Part shown: positions 9,213 to 16,841 of the stretch, piece by piece | Numbering within the stretch: the first letter of the stretch is position 1 | Layout: every line of letters begins with the position of its first letter | Assembly: GCA_030609245.1 (NCBI GenBank) | Contig: JAUWCP010000001.1 | Location: forward strand, 1 to 34,803 | Reading direction: 5' to 3' | Source of the DNA: Hyphomicrobium sp. | Lineage (GTDB): Bacteria > Pseudomonadota > Alphaproteobacteria > Rhizobiales > Hyphomicrobiaceae | Length of the DNA stretch: 34,803 bases | Program-made: the position numbers and the translations under genes | The notes under the pieces: generated by a model | The model's input: only the letters and a program-made list of their open reading frames with translations | The model's database searches: none | Told to the model about the DNA's origin: nothing

Positions 9213-9749
9213 TTACCGGCAATTACCAGCGCGCCCTGTACCGGGCTTGTAGGTAGGCGCGATGGCCTCTACCACACGGTCATAAAATCGGTTCTCTGTT
9301 TTGGGATAGATCATGGCCCAACTGTTGATGAGCCGCCCGCCACAAGTGAAATTGACGCGCTGGTAGAAGATCTCGTCTCCGATCGTGCCGGAGAGAATAA
9401 ACCAGCGCTTGCGCACCCGCGCGAAGTCGATATCGGCCCCGGCGTAATTCTCCTTAAGCAGAAACTTACGGTAGGCCCGCAGCGTCGTTGCGTGCTCGTT
9501 CGCGAAGGCTCCGACAAGCAGCTGTGCCCGGCCATCACCAGAGTAGAACACCTGGCCCTCGTCCGTGGTTTGGTTAGCTTGCTGCGGAAAGACTTTGACC
9601 GGATAGGCGATTAGGAAACCATGGCGCTCATTGCGCAGCGTCGCCCAGTCTCCGAACTTTTGACTTGCGGCCACCGCCGCGTTCGCAAACCCCAGAACCA
9701 ACAGAAACAACGCACCAATTGCAGCGCGCCTCACACTGCCGCGCATCAT
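9213..9749 (-). CDS. Hypothetical secreted protein
   Basis: Signal-peptide-like N-terminus, GGGAG upstream of ATG 9749, fills the gap between gluQ and the glycosylase. Confidence 0.75.
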   Translation of the reverse strand: MMRGSVRRAAIGALFLLVLGFANAAVAASQKFGDWATLRNERHGFLIAYPVKVFPQQANQTTDEGQVFYSGDGRAQLLVGAFANEHATTLRAYRKFLLKENYAGADIDFARVRKRWFILSGTIGDEIFYQRVNFTCGGRLINSWAMIYPKTENRFYDRVVEAIAPTYKPGTGRAGNCR

Positions 9750-9853
9750 CGCTTCGCACTCCCGCCGCGGAAGCCGAAACACTATAAGAGACTATCTCGT
9801 CATCCTACTCTTCACACTGCGCAGACGGAAGAGTCTTAGTCGAAGTTCCGCAA

Positions 9854-10486
9854 ATGAAGCGCACCAATGAATCGCGGATTATCGAAACGGACGCTGACAT
9901 ACGCGCGGGCGTGCGCATTCTGCGGCGCAAGTGCACTCATCTGCGTCGCGTGCACGACCAAGCCGGCGATCCGCCTTTGCGCCGCCATGCACCGGGCTTT
10001 GAAGGACTGGCCCGCATCATCGTTGGGCAGCAGCTGTCTATTGCAAGTGCTGAGGCGATTTGGCGCCGAGTAAGCATAACTGTCACGCCGATGAAGCCAG
10101 CATCCTTATCAAGGCTCACGGATGAGGATCTGCGTGCAGCGGGACTATCCCGGGCCAAGGTGCGTACCTTGCGTGCCATTGCCGAGGCCGTCGATAACGG
10201 ACTGAATCTGGAGAAGCTCGCTGCAGAACCGGAGGGCGCCGTTCATGAGGCGCTCACTGCCGTTCATGGTGTTGGCCCGTGGACGGCCGACATCTTTTTA
10301 CTCTTCTGCATCGGGCGGGCGGACGCATTTGCGGCAGACGATCTTGCGTTGCAGATAGCGACCCGATATGCCCTCGGCCTTAAGGAGCGCCCCTCCCGCG
10401 AAGAGCTTCTTACCATCGCCGATCGCTGGCGGCCGTGGCGCGGTGTGGCCGCTCGGATGCTATGGAACTTCTATATGCTGCGATAG
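9854..10486 (+). CDS. DNA-3-methyladenine glycosylase II (AlkA/HhH-GPD family)
   Basis: IVGQQLS, GLSRAK, HhH LTAVHGVGPWTA, WRPWRGVAA. Confidence 0.92.
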   Translation: MKRTNESRIIETDADIRAGVRILRRKCTHLRRVHDQAGDPPLRRHAPGFEGLARIIVGQQLSIASAEAIWRRVSITVTPMKPASLSRLTDEDLRAAGLSRAKVRTLRAIAEAVDNGLNLEKLAAEPEGAVHEALTAVHGVGPWTADIFLLFCIGRADAFAADDLALQIATRYALGLKERPSREELLTIADRWRPWRGVAARMLWNFYMLR

Positions 10487-10671
10487 GGCCGCGGAAAGGC
10501 GTCTGAAGATACTAGAATTACTAGTAATTCGGCAGATAGGCGGAAGCACGCAGCGACCCGTGGCAAAGGTCGGTAGAGACCTTCACAGAGTTGATATGCA
10601 CGGTTAGTATCCCGGTCGAAAAGTTTAGGAGAAAGCGATTCGGCTACGAGAACCTACAGGACGCTAGAAAC

Positions 10672-11232
10672 GTGAATGCGCACGCTGCCATTTCGAACTC
10701 ATTTCCGGCCCTAGTCCTGAACGCCGATTTCCGGCCACTGAGCTACTACCCGTTGTCGCTCTGGTGCTGGCAAGAATCGGTGAAGGCTGTCTTTCTCGAT
10801 CGCGTCAACATCGTCTCCGAGTATGACCGCTACGTGCGAAGCCCCAGCATCGAGATGCGGGTGCCCAGCGTCGTTTCACTCAAAACCTATGTGAAACCCG
10901 CGCTTTTTCCCGCATTCACCCGGTTCAACGTATTCCTGCGCGATTGCTTCGCCTGCCAGTACTGCGGCAACATCGAAGACCTGACCTTCGACCATCTTGT
11001 CCCCCGCTCGCAAGGCGGTCAGACCCGTTGGGACAACGTGGTCACCGCGTGTGCGCCTTGCAACTTGGAAAAAGGCGGCGAATTGCCCCACGAGGCGAAC
11101 ATGCATCCACGGCAGCTGCCCTATCGACCCACGGTTTTCGAGCTGCATCGCAACGGCCGGCTGTTCCCGCCGAACTACCTGCACAAGAGCTGGCTCGACT
11201 ATCTTTATTGGGACACCGAACTGGAGCCGTAA
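10672..11232 (+). CDS. HNH endonuclease (McrA/COG1403-like)
   Basis: RD..CQYCG..LTFDHLVPRSQGG..WDNVVTACAPCN; N-terminal PALVLNADFRPLSY; GTG start at 10672. Confidence 0.93.
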   Translation: MNAHAAISNSFPALVLNADFRPLSYYPLSLWCWQESVKAVFLDRVNIVSEYDRYVRSPSIEMRVPSVVSLKTYVKPALFPAFTRFNVFLRDCFACQYCGNIEDLTFDHLVPRSQGGQTRWDNVVTACAPCNLEKGGELPHEANMHPRQLPYRPTVFELHRNGRLFPPNYLHKSWLDYLYWDTELEP

Positions 11233-11268
11233 GCTACTCAGTGCAATCGACGCGCTCAGCCGGGCGAC

Positions 11269-11296
11269 AAAAAGGCCCCGGCGAACGGGCCGGGGC
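11269..11296 (-). terminator. Intrinsic terminator downstream of the 71-aa ORF
   Basis: 8-bp stem GCCCCGGC (11275-82)/GCCGGGGC (11289-96); A5 at 11269-73 gives a U-tract on the minus strand. Confidence 0.8.
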
Positions 11297-11335
11297 AATT
11301 CCCTCCTATTGCGAAGCGAAACGAATGAGACGGGC

Positions 11336-11551
11336 TCAAGCCGCTCGTTTCGCAGTCTGCGCGCAAAGAATCTCGGCGATTACCTCCACCGCCTTACCCC
11401 AATCGTTTGACGCTCGTTCGTCTTCGCAGACGTCGAACGCGCGTATGGCATCCAAAGGCGTGCCACCATCGCGGAAAACGCGCGCGCAGGATTGGCGCGC
11501 ATATCCCACCGCCTGATACCACTGCATAGGATTGACGTGACGGGGGTTCAT
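11336..11551 (-). CDS. Small hypothetical protein (71 aa)
   Basis: SD GAGGAGGT just upstream of ATG 11551, protein-like helical sequence (ARQSCARVFRDGGTPLDA), own terminator. Confidence 0.8.
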   Translation of the reverse strand: MNPRHVNPMQWYQAVGYARQSCARVFRDGGTPLDAIRAFDVCEDERASNDWGKAVEVIAEILCAQTAKRAA

Positions 11552-11569
11552 CAAAATACCTCCTCGGTT

Positions 11570-12420
11570 TTCTTACGCGGCCGGCTGATCCCGACCATAC
11601 CCACCCCTATGGTGGGCGGCGGCAAGCACACAGAGCGCACTGACATCACTACGCAGAACCCTGTCACGTAATGCCTTTAGGAGACTTTTCGCTCCAACGC
11701 TCCACGTGCTTGCCATCTCACTGGAAGGATTCTCACCTTCCAAACTCATCTCAATTCACCTGCCCTTGTGGGCCTCATCTGGTATTTTTTCCGGCGCGGG
11801 AGACGTGCCTTGGATGGAATTCAGCACTAAAGCCACCACGTCTGGAAGTGAACGCCACTCGTACGGCTGCAATGTCACAACAAACCTCACACAACTTTCA
11901 AACGCGGCTTTGCCGCCCACTCACTTAAGACCTGCGAACCCGCGAGCACACAGCCATCTGGCTGGCACCTGGATCTAACGCGATACGCAACTGAGAACGC
12001 GAGACTTGGGCTAACCCTGGACCTGAAACTCGGCCTTGGCTGGCGAACCGCTCGAAAATACGCCTAGACGTTTTCCTCCGAGCAGTTCGCCTTAACTCCA
12101 CGAACACGCGCTTCAGCGTGCTGCGGGGAGATTGTCGATACGCGAACGCAACCATACGCAACGCTACGGTACGCAAGGAATACTCTTGGATACGCTTTAC
12201 AGACGAACGTCGCAGAACACATGACGCTACGAACTCGGGCGCAGGGGTTCCTGTCGCTACCGACTCGCCCAGCCGCGATACGCTGCGACTCAACTCATAC
12301 AAGGGCGACGCCGAAGATCGGCGGCTACGCAATACGCTTGTCACTGACCGTCCCCCTCACTTGACGGGTTCGCAATGTGCTCCGCGAACGAGGTCGAATA
12401 GACCGTCCCTTTTTGACAGC
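11570..12420 (-). ncRNA. Candidate long structured RNA or very long 5' leader with repeated GCGU(A/U) motifs
   Basis: No credible CDS; 18 same-strand WACGC motifs; more than 10 hairpins; three stems have C-A mismatches that become G-U on the minus strand; boundaries approximate. Confidence 0.55.
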
Positions 12421-12537
12421 CGCGTGGCGCTCTCATGGCCAACTGACGGTATTTTGCTTGACAGTTGCTGAACGGGATGCAGGCACGGGCTAACGCCGCA
12501 TCAGGCCTATGAATAAGCGGTGGAAAACGGCATTTAG

Positions 12538-13059
12538 CTAGTCTGATGGCACCGAATCGGCTGCGGCGCACAGGCTTGCACCAGACGCGACAAGCGACGC
12601 CACGACGTTCCAGCCTGCAAACGATAGCCCAGCAAAGCGCCAAGCTGCCTCGTCACAACGGATGACGGTGGTGCTGGACAGCGATTCGAGAAGTCCGCCA
12701 GCCGACGCCGCAATTTCCTGAGCGCCGGTACATGAATCAGGGCCCGGCCAGAACCCCCACTCCGCGCCAGCGTGATAAACGCCAAGCCCGGCATTTGCCA
12801 GGAAAGCCAGCGACACGAAAAGAAAGATAAGGCCGGCTGGGTAGCGGTGGTCGGCACTGACGAAAACAAGCGCGATGAAGAGGAGTGGCACGCCCACATA
12901 GTAGGCATAGCGCTGCTGCAGACAGAGCGGACAAGGCGCGTAGCCGCCAATGTACTCGAACGCCAACGCGGTGAGAATCGCCCCGCCCGAAATGATAAGG
13001 GCCAAGGCCCCTGCCTTGTAGGCTGCACGGACCGTTTCATTTGGTTCGGCAATCGCCAT
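12538..13059 (-). CDS. dsbB: Disulfide bond formation protein B family
   Basis: PCPLCLQQR CxxC, YHAGAEW, second Cys pair, four TM segments. Confidence 0.9.
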   Translation of the reverse strand: MAIAEPNETVRAAYKAGALALIISGGAILTALAFEYIGGYAPCPLCLQQRYAYYVGVPLLFIALVFVSADHRYPAGLIFLFVSLAFLANAGLGVYHAGAEWGFWPGPDSCTGAQEIAASAGGLLESLSSTTVIRCDEAAWRFAGLSFAGWNVVASLVASGASLCAAADSVPSD

Positions 13060-13086
13060 GGGAGCGGTTTCGCCTTTATCGCTAAC

Positions 13087-13668
13087 CTAGATCAGATACT
13101 TGATCGCAATGAACCCGCCGACCAAGAGCAACGTGAAGATGGTGGCAACGAGGCCGAGGCGCTGCTCGATGAAGGCGCGAACGGGCTGGCCGAACCAATA
13201 GAGCAGTCCTGCCACCAGAAAAAAGCGCAAACCGCGCGCCAACACGCTGGCAATCATAAAAACGAGGAAGTTCAACTCGGTGACGCCGCTGGCAATCGTG
13301 ATGACCTTGTAGGGAAAGGGTGTCACTCCGGCGATGAACACGATCCAGGCACCATACTCGTTATAGCGAGCAGCGAACTGATCAAACGCATCCGTCATGC
13401 CGTAGAAATTCAGCACTGGCGCCCCGATCAGCTCGAACACAAAATAGCCTATGGCATAGCCAAAGACGCCGCCGATCACCGAGCCCACCATGGCGATGGT
13501 AGCAAACCACCACGCCTTTTCGCGCTGAGCCAGCACCATGGGCACCAGCATCACGTCAGGTGGAATGGGAAAAAACGAGCTTTCGGCAAAGGAAACACCG
13601 AACAGCGTGGCAGGCGCATGCCGGTGCGCCGCCGCGTTCATCGTCCAATCGTAAAGACGTCGCAACAT
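13087..13668 (-). CDS. YqaA/DedA (SNARE-associated) membrane protein
   Basis: SFAESSFFPIPPD, TPFPYK, RGLRF motifs. Confidence 0.92.
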   Translation of the reverse strand: MLRRLYDWTMNAAAHRHAPATLFGVSFAESSFFPIPPDVMLVPMVLAQREKAWWFATIAMVGSVIGGVFGYAIGYFVFELIGAPVLNFYGMTDAFDQFAARYNEYGAWIVFIAGVTPFPYKVITIASGVTELNFLVFMIASVLARGLRFFLVAGLLYWFGQPVRAFIEQRLGLVATIFTLLLVGGFIAIKYLI

Positions 13669-13680
13669 GTCGGGGCGTGA

Positions 13681-14910
13681 TTAGTCGGCTGCAGAGCGAA
13701 AGTCCATCGGCGATTGCCTGTCCTCACAACGCGCAAAGCTCATAGACAACCGCAACACGATCTCATTGAGAACAAAGCGACCCTTACGTGTCGCGCACAA
13801 ACGCCAGGACCCCACCGGGCCAGGAACAGCCTCGAGGAGGCCGAGTTCGGTGAGCTCGGCGATCGCTGCTGCAGTTGGCCGCATCCCCCCGTGCCGGGCG
13901 AGGCGGTCGAGATCGACGCCTTCGGTGAGCCGTAATCCCATCAAAAGCATCTCGTCGGTCGTTTCCGCAGCCGTCAACGGGATGGCTTCCACGCGCCCAT
14001 GGCCGTCGCGCTCGACCAGCTCCAGCCAGCGCTCAGGGTTACGCTCCGTGCTCGTTGCGTGACGCGCGCCAGACAGTCTAAGACGCCCGTGGGCCCCAGG
14101 TCCGATCCCGGCGTACTCGCCCGTACGCCAGTAGATCAGGTTGTGCCGGCTCTCTTCGCCAGGTGCGGCATGATTGGAGATCTCATAGGCGGGAAGACCA
14201 GCAGCAGCCGTCAGCTCTTGCGTCACATCGTAAAGCGCATGCGCCACATCGCCATCGGGCACGTTGAGTTTGCCTGCCGCGTGCAATGCGGCAAACGGCG
14301 TATCTGGCTCGATCGTCAACTGATAGAGCGAGAGGTGACCACCCGCGAGACCAAGCGCTTCGCGCAACTCAGGTGCCCACGCAGCGGCGTTCTGACGGGG
14401 CCGCGCATAGATGAGATCGAAGGAAAAGCGATCAAAGGCGGCGCGCGCAATTTCGATCGCTGTCTTCGCCTCGGCGGCTGTGTGAATTCGCCCCAGCGAT
14501 CTCAGCACATCGTCACGCAGCGACTGAACGCCTAGCGAGATGCGATTGATGCCAGCCTCCCGGTAGCCACGAAAGCGTTGAGCTTCAACGCTGCCGGGAT
14601 TGGCTTCCAGTGTGATCTCCGCGTTTCGATCGACCGTCCAAACGTGGCCGATGCGATCGAGGATCGCGCCGACGGTACGTGCCTCCATCAATGACGGCGT
14701 GCCGCCGCCGAAGAAAATGCTCTCCACATTGCGCGAGCCAACGAGGCCGGCCGTGTGATCGAGCTCGCGAAGAAAAGCGGCAAGGAAGCGGACTTCATCG
14801 ACGCCACCAAACCGCACATGGCTATTGAAGTCGCAATAGGGGCACTTCTGCGCGCAGAACGGCCAGTGCACGTAGACGCCAAAACCTGGATTGTCAGTCG
14901 GGCTTGGCAT
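13681..14910 (-). CDS. hemW: Radical SAM heme chaperone
   Basis: YVHWPFCAQKCPYCDFNSH, FFGGGTPS, YEISN, HNLIYW; follows rdgB. Confidence 0.93.
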   Translation of the reverse strand: MPSPTDNPGFGVYVHWPFCAQKCPYCDFNSHVRFGGVDEVRFLAAFLRELDHTAGLVGSRNVESIFFGGGTPSLMEARTVGAILDRIGHVWTVDRNAEITLEANPGSVEAQRFRGYREAGINRISLGVQSLRDDVLRSLGRIHTAAEAKTAIEIARAAFDRFSFDLIYARPRQNAAAWAPELREALGLAGGHLSLYQLTIEPDTPFAALHAAGKLNVPDGDVAHALYDVTQELTAAAGLPAYEISNHAAPGEESRHNLIYWRTGEYAGIGPGAHGRLRLSGARHATSTERNPERWLELVERDGHGRVEAIPLTAAETTDEMLLMGLRLTEGVDLDRLARHGGMRPTAAAIAELTELGLLEAVPGPVGSWRLCATRKGRFVLNEIVLRLSMSFARCEDRQSPMDFRSAAD

Positions 14911-15517
14911 CGAGGCAGACGTGTTTGAAGACGTCAAAGGCGCGGGTGCGGTGCGAGATTGCATACTTCTTCGCAGGCTCCATTTCGCCAAAGGTCAGAT
15001 CTTGGCCGTCGGCGACGAAGATCGGATCATAACCGAAACCATTCGTACCGCGCGGCGGCCACACGAGGTGCCCATCGACCTTTCCCTCGAAAAACTGGGT
15101 CGTACCGTCAGGCCACGCAAGGCACAGCACGGAAATGAAGTTGGCACGTGGGCTTGCGCCATTCCAGACGCCACGCTCCCCCAGCTCATCATGCACGCGC
15201 TGCATAGCAACGGAAAAGTCCTTCGTCGGGCCAGCCCAGCGCGCCGAGTATATTCCCGGCGCGCCGTTAAGCGCTGCGACCTCTAGACCCGAGTCGTCGG
15301 CGAGCGATGGCATCGCGGACCCTTTGGCGGCGATCATTGCCTTGTGGCGGGCGTTGCCCTCAAACGTCGGCTCCGGCTCGTCAGGCTCAGTCAATCCCAG
15401 GTCGGTCGCCGCCACGGCATCGAGACCGTACGGTGCGAGCAGCTGGTTAATTTCCCAAACCTTGCCGGGGTTGTGACTGGCAACTACCAACCGGTCACCG
15501 CGCTTCAATCGCCGCAT
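14894..15517 (-). CDS. rdgB: Non-canonical purine NTP pyrophosphatase (RdgB/HAM1)
   Basis: ASHNPGK, ADDSGL, PGIYSAR, FGYDPIF, SHR. Confidence 0.95.
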   Translation of the reverse strand: MRRLKRGDRLVVASHNPGKVWEINQLLAPYGLDAVAATDLGLTEPDEPEPTFEGNARHKAMIAAKGSAMPSLADDSGLEVAALNGAPGIYSARWAGPTKDFSVAMQRVHDELGERGVWNGASPRANFISVLCLAWPDGTTQFFEGKVDGHLVWPPRGTNGFGYDPIFVADGQDLTFGEMEPAKKYAISHRTRAFDVFKHVCLDAKPD

Positions 15518-15519
15518 CG

Positions 15520-15930
15520 TCAAAGACCCCAAATTCTTGGTTCGGCGAACTCCAGGCAGTTGCCGGCGGGATCTCGAAAGTAGATTGAGCGGCCGCCGTC
15601 GGGCCATTCAAAGTCGGCCTCGATGGCGATCCCCTTCTTCTCCAGATGCTCGCACCAGGCGGAGATCTCCGCTGCGCTTGCTCGAAAACACACATGCCCG
15701 GGCCCGCGTGCGCCGTGCGGTGGGACGGGAAACCGAGCCTGAGGCGCTGGGGGCAACTTGGTTGCGTTCGGATTGAAATAAAGCAGCATCTGATTGCCGC
15801 ACCGATAGAACACCTGGCGCCCTTCCATCTTAGCGTGTGGCTCCATTCCAAGCACGCCGCGGCAGAAGTCCTCGATCGCGGCCAGGTCCGGCGCATAGAG
15901 AATGGTTTCAAGGATACCTTGCGGCGTCAT
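15520..15930 (-). CDS. VOC/glyoxalase family protein
   Basis: ILETILY, GHVCF, SIYFRDPAGNCLEF. Confidence 0.88.
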   Translation of the reverse strand: MTPQGILETILYAPDLAAIEDFCRGVLGMEPHAKMEGRQVFYRCGNQMLLYFNPNATKLPPAPQARFPVPPHGARGPGHVCFRASAAEISAWCEHLEKKGIAIEADFEWPDGGRSIYFRDPAGNCLEFAEPRIWGL

Positions 15931-15962
15931 GGCAGAGCGTCCCGCTCGCAGGCAGGCGTACC

Positions 15963-16676
15963 TCAGGTCACCGTCAGCTTTTGGAGCGCGACCAACTCCC
16001 CGATACCCTTTTTGGCGAGTCCCATGAGTTGGTCGAAGCTTTCTTGACTAAATGCGACAGTCTCGGCCGTGCCTTGCACTTCGACGATACCGGCCTCTCC
16101 GGTCATGACGAAGTTGGAATCCGCTTCAGCTGACGAGTCCTCGGCATAGTCAAGATCGAGCACAGCGACGCCCTTGTACAAGCCGCAGCTCACCGCGGCG
16201 ACCTGATCGCGCAGAACGCCGTCCTTAACCATGTCGCGCAGCTTCATCCACTGAATGCAGTCATAAAGCGCCACCCAAGCGCCGGTTATGGCTGCTGTCC
16301 GGGTGCCCCCATCCGCTTGGATCACATCGCAATCGAGGTTGATCTGGCGCTCACCAAGCTTTTCTAAGTCGACGACAGCGCGTAAAGACCGGCCGATCAA
16401 GCGCTGGATTTCCTGTGTGCGCCCGGACGGGTGGCCCACCGTCGACTCGCGCCGGGTGCGCTCAGTCGTGGCACGAGGCAGCATTCCGTACTCGGCCGTG
16501 ACCCAGCCGCGTCCCTGGCCCTTGAGCCACGATGGCACCCGTTCCTCCAGGCTCGCCGTGCACAGAACATGGGTGTCGCCGAATTTGATCAGGCAGGAGC
16601 CCTCGGCGTATTTGGAGACCGCGCGCTCGATGGAGACACGGCGAAGCTCGTCGGGCTTGCGTTTGGATGGGCGCAT
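15963..16676 (-). CDS. rph: Ribonuclease PH
   Basis: [47 protein letters not shown]. Confidence 0.97.
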   Translation of the reverse strand: MRPSKRKPDELRRVSIERAVSKYAEGSCLIKFGDTHVLCTASLEERVPSWLKGQGRGWVTAEYGMLPRATTERTRRESTVGHPSGRTQEIQRLIGRSLRAVVDLEKLGERQINLDCDVIQADGGTRTAAITGAWVALYDCIQWMKLRDMVKDGVLRDQVAAVSCGLYKGVAVLDLDYAEDSSAEADSNFVMTGEAGIVEVQGTAETVAFSQESFDQLMGLAKKGIGELVALQKLTVT

Positions 16677-16773
16677 TGGGATGATGTCGAAGTGGTTTGT
16701 TGCCACCGGTTGGCCAGAATCGTCCGAACCCTAAGGGAGGGCCACTCGCGCTTCAACCAAAACCGATAGAGAA

Positions 16774-16804
16774 TTTGACGCGGATGGCCAAGCTTTCCTA
16801 ATCT
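16774..16804 (+). promoter_or_regulatory. RpoH (sigma32)-like promoter of hrcA
   Basis: TTTGAC-N17-CCTAATCT resembles the alphaproteobacterial CTTGAA..CCTATAT consensus. Confidence 0.55.
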
Positions 16805-16841
16805 TCGTGAACGGAATCCCAGGCCAGTGATATCCTTAAAC

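Noticed and set aside
9790-9853. LexA box upstream of the AlkA-family gene
   Set aside because: Only one GTTC half-site; no GTTC-N7-GTTC.
11573-11749. 58-codon minus-strand ORF ending just before the small gene's SD
   Set aside because: Many AT-ending codons, only a weak SD-like AGGTG and no protein-like pattern; at most a uORF.
11925-12344. 139-aa minus-strand ORF with GAGGGGG upstream of a GTG
   Set aside because: R/S/V-biased sequence, non-host codon usage and no domain; the GCGT motifs fall in different frames. Treated as a shadow ORF, though translation is not excluded.
11570-12420. CRISPR array, iterons, tmRNA, RNase P RNA or group II intron
   Set aside because: Repeats are only 5-7 nt with irregular spacing; no cas or rep genes; no GAGGAAAGUCC, tRNA-like arm or domain V recognised by eye.
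11671-12471. Plus-strand ORFs 11671-11928, 11706-11978 and 12118-12471
   Set aside because: No convincing SD, atypical composition, and the first two overlap each other.
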